Shown here: positions 1 to 6,912 of the stretch, piece after piece
Layout of the letters: every line of letters starts with the position of its first letter
How positions within the stretch are numbered: the first letter of the stretch is position 1
Translations under genes and position numbers: made by a program
The notes under the pieces: generated by a model
What the model saw: only the letters and a program-made list of their open reading frames with translations
Told to the model about the DNA's origin: nothing
Database searches by the model: none
Assembly: GCA_049969675.1 (NCBI GenBank)
Contig: JBMFOP010000102.1
Coordinates: forward strand, 1 to 10,378
Length of the DNA stretch: 10,378 nucleotides
Direction of reading: 5' to 3'
Source of the DNA: Myxococcota bacterium
Lineage (GTDB): Bacteria > Myxococcota > SpSt-1050

Positions 1-1
1 T

Positions 2-445
2 GAGCAGGAAGTTAAGACTTCAGCAATAGAGCCGAAGAAGGGGTTTTTAAGCATTGATTCGGACCCCTGGACAGAGGTGTATCTGGATGGTAAAAAGATT
101 GGAGATACGCCGCTTGTCAAATATGAGTTAATAGCTGGCTCTTACAATCTGATATTGAAGAATTCAGAGTTTGGATTTGAAAAGCCACTTAGGGTCAATA
201 TAAATCCCGAGGAGAATTCGGTAAGTAAGGTAAGATTTAAGAAGGGTTTCTTGAATATTGAAACAAATAGACCTGCTGAGGTGAGGATTGGAGGTAATCT
301 GATCGGCAGGACGCCACTTTCAAATCTTGATTTATATGAGGGGATTTATAAAATTACTCTCTTTGATCCTGAACAAAAGAGGTCAAAGACTATTAAGGTA
401 GAGATAAAAGAGGGGAAGATTACTTCCATAAATGAGAACCTTTGA
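2..445 (+). CDS. PEGA-domain-containing protein, 3' part only (possibly the C-terminus of a membrane Ser/Thr kinase)
   Basis: Frame +2 is open from the window edge (EQEVKTSAIEPKKGFLSIDSDPWTEVYLDG...), so the GTG at 77 is probably internal. Two PEGA-like repeats: GFLSIDSDPWTEVYLDGKKIGDTPL..L.AGSYNL and GFLNIETNRPAEVRIGGNLIGRTPL..L.EGIYKI. Stop TGA at 443-445. The kinase link is inferred from common architectures only. Confidence 0.85.
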   Translation, partial: EQEVKTSAIEPKKGFLSIDSDPWTEVYLDGKKIGDTPLVKYELIAGSYNLILKNSEFGFEKPLRVNINPEENSVSKVRFKKGFLNIETNRPAEVRIGGNLIGRTPLSNLDLYEGIYKITLFDPEQKRSKTIKVEIKEGKITSINENL

Positions 446-469
446 TTTATGTACCACAATTTATTTTAA

Positions 470-488
470 CCTAAATTGAGCGATTTTT
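470..488 (+). repeat. Terminal inverted repeat (copy 1) CCTAAATTGAGCGATTTTT
   Basis: The reverse complement of 869-887 is CCTAAACTGAGCGATTTTT, one mismatch. Confidence 0.9.
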
Positions 489-639
489 ATTGGATAAGTA
501 ATATTTACTTTCATTGAGCACACAAAAAGATAATTTTCACCAAAACATTATCAGCTATTTTATAGGGTTAGAGATGTCAGATATGGCATAGTAGTGGATA
601 TGTAAATCACATAATGTCAAAAAGGTATCATAAAGATGA

Positions 640-654
640 AACTATGGCATAGTT
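640..654. repeat. Palindrome AACTATG-G-CATAGTT; the core TATGGCATAGT is repeated at 582-592
   Basis: Read directly: 7-bp perfect arms, and an 11-bp direct repeat at 582-592 and 643-653. Confidence 0.6.
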
Positions 655-680
655 ATCCCTTGCTCATATACCTTTGTGCT

Positions 681-764
681 TTATCTACTGTCGTTATTCA
701 AAGATGGGAAAAGGGTGTCTTCTGTCACACCAACCTTATTAATTTTGCATTTGCTTTTGACCAT
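681..764 (-). pseudogene. 27-aa ORF MVKSKCKINKVGVTEDTLFPSLNNDSR, likely transposase N-terminal remnant
   Basis: ATG at 764, TAA at 683-681. SD GAGGTG (777-772) lies 7 nt upstream and a perfect TATAAT (821-816) further upstream on the minus strand. KINKVGVTEDTL resembles the segment just before the conserved GG motif of IS1380 transposases (recalled). Confidence 0.5.
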
Positions 765-868
765 TGTTTCCCACCTCACTTTCTGGGTGATATTTTCTGT
801 TCTTGCCCGAACTGAATTATAACCAGGATTTATCACTCTGCAGGCAAAATTTTTTCAATCTTTCAGGA

Positions 869-887
869 AAAAATCGCTCAGTTTAGG
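869..887 (-). repeat. Terminal inverted repeat (copy 2) AAAAATCGCTCAGTTTAGG
   Basis: Partner of 470-488, 18/19 identity. Symmetry extends outward to 458 and 898 with one indel. Confidence 0.9.
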
Positions 888-1089
888 TTAAATAAATTAT
901 TTCTCAATTTTTGGAAAAATTTACGAAGATTTTTAGATTCTTTAATCGTAACTTCTATGCAAAATGCGCGGAAGATTTTTATGGACGGCTACACCGAATT
1001 TGGGTATTTCTGGACAATACTACCAGAATGAACTTGACTTTCTGTTTTTTGCCATATGCTGTTTTGTGATGTTAAGAGATGATAAATTT

Positions 1090-1124
1090 AGTCGGGTTAA
1101 AAACCCGTCTGTTTCACTTTTGGG
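1090..1124 (+). terminator. Possible intrinsic terminator or REP-like hairpin between convergent genes
   Basis: CGGGTT-AAA-AACCCG (1093-1107) followed by an imperfect T-rich tract TCTGTTTCACTTTT. Confidence 0.3.
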
Positions 1125-1390
1125 AGAAAAACATATACGACAGTTACAAAGGTATTGATAATAACACAATGAAACCGCCAATTAGGAAACACAGCATAAG
1201 GGCTTCAGGCCTTACTGCACTCCTCCAGATTTTTGCTTTGTAAAGGCTTCTTTTATGTTGAAACTATAAGCTAAAATTTGCAAGCTGCTTATAAGAGGTT
1301 GAGATGGGTAATAAAAGTAATGAAATTAGTGATGAAACGACTTAAAAGTGTCACGGTGTTGATTAATATCTATATTGATTTTTATGATTG

Positions 1391-2266
1391 TTATATAAGC
1401 CTGTATTTACTCTGGATCTCCAGATTCATCTGGCCATCTTTAAATATCCTTACTGCCCCTGAGGTCTCGGATACAACGATTGCAACGCTATTTGTCTCCT
1501 TGGTAATCGCTGCCGCGGCGGAGTGGCGGGAGCCAAGTCCGAGGGGGATTTTAATATCGGGATTATTTGACTCCAAATATCTGCCTGCTGCAAGCACCAC
1601 TCCATCCTCTCTTACAACAAATGCCCCATCCAGCATTGTAAATGCCCTTATCGCCTGTCTGAATTCGGGATTATAAATATTTCGTTCTTCTTCACTATAA
1701 CCCTGAAATGGATTCATTACTATCTGCTTGCTCCTGCTCATTACATTCTCTGAATCTCCTATGACAAATATGGTTCCAATAGTTATGCCTTCATACCCCT
1801 GAAACCCTATCTGGACGGCGAGATCAATCATTATCTCCATCAGTTGCGCAGGTATATTGGTATTTTTTAAGATAAATTCATAAGAGACATTCTCATCGGT
1901 TCCTTCCCCTACACTCCTGAAAAATACAGTGTCAACCAGTTCATTAGCCTTTCTTGAGATGATACACAATATTTTATGCCCGGTCTTTAAAAATCCAGCT
2001 GTAATTGCCGAAGCCATAGCAATCTTTGCCAGTTCGTGCCTTGCAAATACAAACGGGGGCAGACTTATACACTTAAAACCTTTCATTGTGAGATTATTGA
2101 GTTTCTCAGTCTGGGTTGATGCCAGGATAAGCTTCTCCTTCAACCTTTTGATAGAATTTCTCTTAACTACATTTAGATTCTCTGTAACATAGAGAATGTA
2201 ATTTACATTCTCCATCCTGCCGAGTTTTAATGCCATTGAAAAGAATTTCTGTTCAAACTTCTCCAT
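1391..2266 (-). CDS. dacZ: Diadenylate cyclase (c-di-AMP synthase), DacZ/CdaZ-type: N-terminal accessory domain plus DAC (DisA_N) domain
   Basis: DAC motifs: GTIFVIGD, NPFQGY, LDGAFVV (DGA), GLGSRHSAAAAIT (RHx) and AIVVSETSGAVRIFKDG. No TM segments and no DisA HhH tail. The N-terminal ~130 aa with AMASAITAGFLKTGHKILCI fits the pyruvate-kinase-C-like domain of DacZ. Confidence 0.88.
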   Translation of the reverse strand: MEKFEQKFFSMALKLGRMENVNYILYVTENLNVVKRNSIKRLKEKLILASTQTEKLNNLTMKGFKCISLPPFVFARHELAKIAMASAITAGFLKTGHKILCIISRKANELVDTVFFRSVGEGTDENVSYEFILKNTNIPAQLMEIMIDLAVQIGFQGYEGITIGTIFVIGDSENVMSRSKQIVMNPFQGYSEEERNIYNPEFRQAIRAFTMLDGAFVVREDGVVLAAGRYLESNNPDIKIPLGLGSRHSAAAAITKETNSVAIVVSETSGAVRIFKDGQMNLEIQSKYRLI

Positions 2267-2305
2267 AATCCATTATAATTATCTATCATAATTGATTATT
2301 GTCAA
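2252..2305. promoter_or_regulatory. Compact bidirectional sigma70-type promoter region
   Basis: Palindromic ATTATAAT (2272-2279) gives TATAAT on both strands. Minus strand: TTGACA (2305-2300) - 16 nt - GATAAT (2283-2278). Plus strand: TTCAAA (2252-2257) - 16 nt - TATAAT (2274-2279). Confidence 0.5.
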
Positions 2306-2328
2306 AAAAAATGCTAATTCAGGTAATT

Positions 2329-3294
2329 ATGAATGACAAAGATACCATAAACCAGTATATCCAGATAATAAAATGGGGTGGGAGTAAAGATATAAATGCA
2401 GAGCTTCTCCTCAGAATAACCTCCCTCTGTAATATGCGATGTAGGTATTGTTTTGCAGTCAGAAAGTTTGAAAAGATCAGTGCAGAGAGATTGATTGCCC
2501 TGATGCTTAAAAGACTTTCAGAGGAGGGTATAGGGCTTAATTCCGGGATTCTTATAACTATTACAGGGGGTGAACCGTTATTAAGAGAGGATTTAATAGA
2601 GTTACTTAGAGGACTCAAAAGAATACTCGGAAATTATAAAATAAATATTCAGACCAATGCCACCCTTATTAATCGCGATATGGCAAAAAAATTGTTACAG
2701 AGTAATGTCAGAAGCGCCTTTATTGGATTTCCATCCATAAATAGAAAGAATTATTATTTATTAACAGGGGTAAAGAATGGGTACGAGCAGGCGATAAGAG
2801 GTGTCAACTCTCTGATTGAGGCAAAGATTGATGTCTGTCTAAACTTTATTCTGCATAAGATGACTATTGAAGAGTTTGAGGATATCCCATCATTTATTGT
2901 TAATAATTTTGGTAAGTCTGTATCTGTAAATCTCTCCACACTCTCACCAGGGACCCCAATGGAATTCTTAAGAGAGTATGGAATTCCATATTCTGAGGCT
3001 GGAAAGATACTTCAAAGAGCGTATTTCGGGCTCAAAGAGAGAGGTATAAGATATGGTTCCTTCGGGGGTGATTGCTCACCACCTATCTGTGCATTTGAGG
3101 GTATGGAGATAAAGGACATCTTCTCTTTTGGTTCCTCGCCTCTTCAGATTAAATATGTGAATGAGTTTACAAATATTGAGGATGGGTATCGTTATAAACT
3201 GATATCCTGTCGCAGATGTAAATACAATAGTAAGTGTAGTGGTATACCTTTTGGGTATGCGATTTTGTTTAAAAGGCACAATTTCAGGCTTTGA
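2329..3294 (+). CDS. Radical SAM protein with C-terminal Cys cluster (SPASM/Twitch-like, incomplete)
   Basis: CNMRCRYC (CxxxCxxC, 2428-2451), ITGGEPLL and IQTNA motifs; C-terminal CSPPIC and CRRCKYNSKCSG. The start is uncertain (TTG 2299, ATG 2311 or ATG 2329). ATG 2329 is preferred because AGGT (2321-2324) precedes it and TTG 2299 overlaps the dacZ -35 box. Confidence 0.88.
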   Translation: MNDKDTINQYIQIIKWGGSKDINAELLLRITSLCNMRCRYCFAVRKFEKISAERLIALMLKRLSEEGIGLNSGILITITGGEPLLREDLIELLRGLKRILGNYKINIQTNATLINRDMAKKLLQSNVRSAFIGFPSINRKNYYLLTGVKNGYEQAIRGVNSLIEAKIDVCLNFILHKMTIEEFEDIPSFIVNNFGKSVSVNLSTLSPGTPMEFLREYGIPYSEAGKILQRAYFGLKERGIRYGSFGGDCSPPICAFEGMEIKDIFSFGSSPLQIKYVNEFTNIEDGYRYKLISCRRCKYNSKCSGIPFGYAILFKRHNFRL

Positions 3295-3325
3295 AAATAT
3301 TTTTGATGATTTACAATTTTAATTT

Positions 3326-3351
3326 TGGTATAATATTTATTTGATAGGAGG
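3326..3351 (+). promoter_or_regulatory. Extended -10 promoter (TGGTATAAT) and strong RBS (AGGAGG) for the four-gene run
   Basis: TGnTATAAT at 3326-3334, AGGAGG at 3346-3351, ATG at 3357. Confidence 0.6.
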
Positions 3352-3356
3352 TAGCT

Positions 3357-5945
3357 ATGAGCAAGAAATCTATAATATATTATTTTCTCCTTATATCTCT
3401 GCTCGGTGTATTTTTTATTAAGGGGTGTGGTTCTTCCTCTTCCTGTTCCTGTATGGGGAATATCCCGGGAGGACAGCCACCCGATATGGGCTTTAAGGCT
3501 GATAAGAAAGTTCCAAACGCTGTTCAGGCAAGGCTATCAAGTAGTGCTATAAACTTTCTTACAACCAGATTACCTGATATACTGGCACTTTTCTTAAAAG
3601 ACCAGACTGGTGGACAGGGGCTTACATTTCCAATCCCATATTCAAAGAGCCAGAATAATGGATGTGATGTAGAGATATGTAAGAATGGAAATTGCTCTGC
3701 GACTCTTACTATCAATTCTGTAAAATTGGCGCTTATGGCACCTGATACAATCAATGCCACCATTAATGCCAATCTTAAAACAACTAAAATAAGAGTAAGG
3801 GCAGGTGTTAAAGTCATCTGGTGTGTTTATGCAGAGTGCGATATTGATGCAGACATTAAAAATAAGGATATTAATGCACAAATCAAACTTTATGATGACC
3901 CATTTACAAACTTTATGACATATGACCTTCCACCAGATAAACTGGATGTCTCCATTCAGGGGAAAGACATAAATATTAATGGTGGTATCTTATGTAATAT
4001 TGCGGATTTGGATTTCATAAAGAATTTAATAATCAAGCAGCTTGATATTAAGAAACAACTGGCAGAACAGATTCCGCCAATGATAGCTCAGCAGACGTGT
4101 GAGGCGTGTGGTGGCCAGAATGACCCTCCCTGTCCACAGGGTTCTACCTGCCAGAAATACAATGGAGACAATTATTGTGTGGCTGCCTCTACCAATAAGT
4201 GTGTTGCCAGACCGCTTGGTGCAATTGGCAGGATGGACCTCTCAGGCTTCCTCAAAGACTTTGCACCAGGACTTAAGGCGAGTCTGGACCTTTATGCAGT
4301 GGCTGGAGACTTCCCACCATATCCCCCGAAGATAAGAGATAATGGTATAGATATTCAGGTAATTGGAGGGACTGATGCAGAGAGAAATCAGTGCGTCCCT
4401 GAGACCGAGCCGCCGAAGCTGGAAGGTGGTTCAATACCGCTTTTACAGCTTTCAAACTCCGCCGCTATCTGTCAGAGTTGTGACCCCGTCTCGCCAGTCT
4501 GCCCTACAGATTCAGTCTGTTCTGATAAATTTGGTATATGTATAAAGGATGAGATAAATGGGGTATGTCCGGAGATTCCTTTTATGGCTGGGATAGGGAT
4601 TAATGAGTATTTCTTAAGAAAGTTCTTCTGGGATGCCTTTAACTCTGGATTATTGTGTCTCAATATAGATTCTGCTACTGTTCCACAGCTGACCAGTGGA
4701 GTGCTCTCTATGTTGCTGCCATCTTTAAAAGACCTTACAGATGGGAAGAATACTTCTGTTTTGATCTCTCTGAGGCCCACCAAGGCGCCTGAGGTGAAGA
4801 TTGGAAGAGGTCTTTTGAAACTCAATGGAGATAAGAAGGAGATATTCAGACCGCTTATCCTACTGACCATCCCACAACTCTCAATAGATTTTTATGCAAT
4901 TGTATATGACCGATATACACGAATCTTTACACTGACGGCAGACCTTGAATTACCCATTGCCCTTGATATTGCTGAAAAAGAGAAGCCAGACCCGAATGAC
5001 CCGAATAAGACGATTAAAGTGGTTGAGCTTGTACCGGTCCTTGGGGACCTTACAAATGCAATTAAAAATATTTCTGTATCCAATTCAGAGCTACTTGCAG
5101 AAAGACCCGAGGACATAGCAAAGCAATTAAGTTCTCTTATTGGGACACTTGTGGGACCGCTTTTAGGAGGGGCTGGACTGTCTGGATTTGAACTGCCAGA
5201 TTTACAGGGATTTGTCTTAAAGATAAGGTCAATATCCGGGGATGTCCCGTATGATTCAATCAACGACCCGAATTGCAATGACTTCAATGAGAGTTCACCA
5301 CCCTGTTATTACAAATTCTTGAATATCTTTGCGGACCTTGATCTGGCTCAACAGGCATCTCCGGCGCCACCATATACACCTTCAATTACAATCAAAGGCG
5401 TTGAGAGAGGAAGAATTATATTTGCCAATAATGATGAGGATTATGAATATTCATTCAGGATAAATAATGGGCTCTGGTCATTCTTTATGTCCGGCAAGCA
5501 GATTATTCTCCCTGTGTTTGAGACAAATTATGAGGCAAAGTATAAAGTTGATGTAAGATTCAGGAAGAAGGGCTCAAAGATTTATAGGAGAGTTGAACAG
5601 CCGCTCACTGTGATTGCAGACTTCACCCCGCCAGAGATTGATATCTCAAAAGATGCTGGTGGGATTATAATCTCTGCGAGAGATACCCTTACTCCATCTG
5701 ATAAGATTCTGCTTGAATATTCATACAATGGGATTGACTTTGTAAAGGTAGAATCAGGTAAGATCATTTTAGAGGGTAATGCTAATGTAATCTATGTAAG
5801 GGCTATAGATGAAGCAAATAATATAGCCCATCAGAAATTTATTTTGAAAGATATAAAGAGTAGGAGTAGCATTACTCTGACAACCAATACAAAGGGTTCT
5901 AAGGTAGAGACAGTATCGGGTTGTAGTTGCAATCATATTGAATAA
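3357..5945 (+). CDS. Large Cys-rich exported protein / putative lipoprotein (862 aa), possibly BPI/LBP-like tubular lipid-binding fold with a C-terminal Ig-like domain
   Basis: Signal peptide MSKKSIIYYFLLISLLGVFFIKG|C with an atypical lipobox. NAVQARLSSSAINFL recalls the BPI/LBP N-terminal strand-helix. Duplicated Cys module at 4098-4151 and 4470-4520. ADFTPPEI...VRAIDEANN is Ig-like. The protein ends in SGCSCNHIE. The CDS is clear; the product is inferred. Confidence 0.7.
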   Translation: MSKKSIIYYFLLISLLGVFFIKGCGSSSSCSCMGNIPGGQPPDMGFKADKKVPNAVQARLSSSAINFLTTRLPDILALFLKDQTGGQGLTFPIPYSKSQNNGCDVEICKNGNCSATLTINSVKLALMAPDTINATINANLKTTKIRVRAGVKVIWCVYAECDIDADIKNKDINAQIKLYDDPFTNFMTYDLPPDKLDVSIQGKDININGGILCNIADLDFIKNLIIKQLDIKKQLAEQIPPMIAQQTCEACGGQNDPPCPQGSTCQKYNGDNYCVAASTNKCVARPLGAIGRMDLSGFLKDFAPGLKASLDLYAVAGDFPPYPPKIRDNGIDIQVIGGTDAERNQCVPETEPPKLEGGSIPLLQLSNSAAICQSCDPVSPVCPTDSVCSDKFGICIKDEINGVCPEIPFMAGIGINEYFLRKFFWDAFNSGLLCLNIDSATVPQLTSGVLSMLLPSLKDLTDGKNTSVLISLRPTKAPEVKIGRGLLKLNGDKKEIFRPLILLTIPQLSIDFYAIVYDRYTRIFTLTADLELPIALDIAEKEKPDPNDPNKTIKVVELVPVLGDLTNAIKNISVSNSELLAERPEDIAKQLSSLIGTLVGPLLGGAGLSGFELPDLQGFVLKIRSISGDVPYDSINDPNCNDFNESSPPCYYKFLNIFADLDLAQQASPAPPYTPSITIKGVERGRIIFANNDEDYEYSFRINNGLWSFFMSGKQIILPVFETNYEAKYKVDVRFRKKGSKIYRRVEQPLTVIADFTPPEIDISKDAGGIIISARDTLTPSDKILLEYSYNGIDFVKVESGKIILEGNANVIYVRAIDEANNIAHQKFILKDIKSRSSITLTTNTKGSKVETVSGCSCNHIE

Positions 5946-5955
5946 ATCTGTCATT

Positions 5956-6912
5956 ATGAAAATACTCATTATTGACGATGAGGTATATGTTGGAAAATTC
6001 TTATTTGATTTCATAAAGACAATTGACCCCGAGATAGATATAAAGACGGCAGAGAGGGCTCAGGATGGACTTAAGTTATTTGATGAATTCAGTCCAGAGG
6101 TTATTCTGCTGGATATTCATCTGCCAGACGGAAATGGTATAGAGGTGTTGAAGGAATTAAAGGGGAGAGGCGGTCTATTTGAAGTTCTGATGATTAGTGG
6201 TAATGCCTCACTTGAGGATGCTGTTCAGGCAATTAAATATGGGGCATACGATTTCCTCTTAAAGCCATTTTCGGATCTGGGTATTCTGGAGAAATCTATT
6301 GTAAGGGCGATGGACTCTGTAAACTTAAAGATACAGAATGAACAATTACTTGCTCAACTCGCACAAAAAAATTATGAACTGGAGGAATTAAATAGGAGAC
6401 TTCATTCTCTCTCCATCTCCGATGACCTGACAGGGCTATACAATATGCGATTTATGAATGAGTTTATAAATAAGGAGATTATGCGTGCAAGGAGATACAA
6501 TCGTACATTTGCAATAATCCTTCTGGATCTGGATAGCCTGAAGTCTACAAATGATAAATATGGGCATCTGGCTGGCTCTTCTCTTATCAAATCAGTGGCT
6601 GAAGTCCTCAAAAATATGGTGAGAAAGAGTGATACCGTTGCAAGATTCGGAGGAGATGAATATATAATTTTTGCGGATGAGTTGAACCTTGAGACGGCGA
6701 GGGGAGTCGGAGAGAGGATAAGGGAGAATATTGAGAGGTTGAGAGTAGAATTTGAGGGTAATTATCTCTCTACTACCGCATCAGTTGGGATTGCCTGTTT
6801 CCCTGATGACGGCGAAGATTTTAAACAACTCTTCTCCGTTGCGGATGCCGCTATGTATTATGCAAAGAATAACGGAAAGAACAGGGTCTGCCTTGCTAAA
6901 GAGATTAAGTAA
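5956..6912 (+). CDS. Response-regulator dinucleotide cyclase (REC-coiled coil-GGDEF); predicted Hypr-type GGDEF (Geobacter GacA-like 3',3'-cGAMP synthase)
   Basis: REC motifs: IIDDE, LLDIHLP (phospho-Asp), ISG, FLLKPF. GGDEF motifs: DDLTGLYN, DLDSLKSTNDKYGHLAGS, I-site RKSD (6622-6633), RFGGDEY (GGDEY at 6649-6663). Ser codon 6577-6579 replaces the canonical guanine-binding Asp. Alternative start is TTG 5938, overlapping the upstream stop. Confidence 0.92.
   Translation: MKILIIDDEVYVGKFLFDFIKTIDPEIDIKTAERAQDGLKLFDEFSPEVILLDIHLPDGNGIEVLKELKGRGGLFEVLMISGNASLEDAVQAIKYGAYDFLLKPFSDLGILEKSIVRAMDSVNLKIQNEQLLAQLAQKNYELEELNRRLHSLSISDDLTGLYNMRFMNEFINKEIMRARRYNRTFAIILLDLDSLKSTNDKYGHLAGSSLIKSVAEVLKNMVRKSDTVARFGGDEYIIFADELNLETARGVGERIRENIERLRVEFEGNYLSTTASVGIACFPDDGEDFKQLFSVADAAMYYAKNNGKNRVCLAKEIK

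Larger units (their letters stand above)
470..887 (-). mobile_element. Non-autonomous IS derivative (MITE-like), probably IS1380 family, 418 bp
   Basis: Terminal inverted repeats at 470-488 and 869-887 match at 18/19 positions and begin CCTAAA. TTAA lies directly outside both ends (466-469, 888-891). There is no transposase-length ORF, but a 27-aa ORF with a good RBS resembles an IS1380 transposase N-terminus. CC-starting ends fit IS1380 (recalled, not searched). Confidence 0.7.

Noticed and set aside
584..664. TGGCA motifs as possible sigma54 promoters
   Set aside because: The GG-N10-GC spacing is not satisfied in either copy.
784..826. Faint resemblance to the ydaO c-di-AMP riboswitch (GGGTGA...GCCCGAA...TAACC) near a DAC gene
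   Set aside because: Lacks the GCGGGGGA/CCC and GUCAGCUAACC core and the required pairings. It lies inside the IS-like element and is not upstream of a matching gene.
958..1030. GEMM-I/Ib riboswitch-like fragments (GCAAA, GACGG, GACAATACTA)
   Set aside because: The fragments are not in the right order and have no P2/P3 stems or GNRA tetraloop/receptor. An Rfam scan would be decisive.
964..1158. 64-aa ORF on the + strand
   Set aside because: No SD, no recognisable motif, and it runs through hairpins. Probably spurious.
1293..1306. 14-bp AAGAGGTTGAGATG also present inverted at 9898-9911
   Set aside because: One match of this length is roughly expected by chance in 10 kb of AT-rich DNA, and the flanking similarity is weak.
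1278..2192. + strand ORFs 1278-1676 and 1929-2192
   Set aside because: Antisense shadows of dacZ with no motifs.
6752..6892. N-terminal extension of the FecR ORF given by the ORF track
   Set aside because: Overlaps the GGDEF domain coding sequence and would bury the signal peptide. TTG 6893 is preferred.
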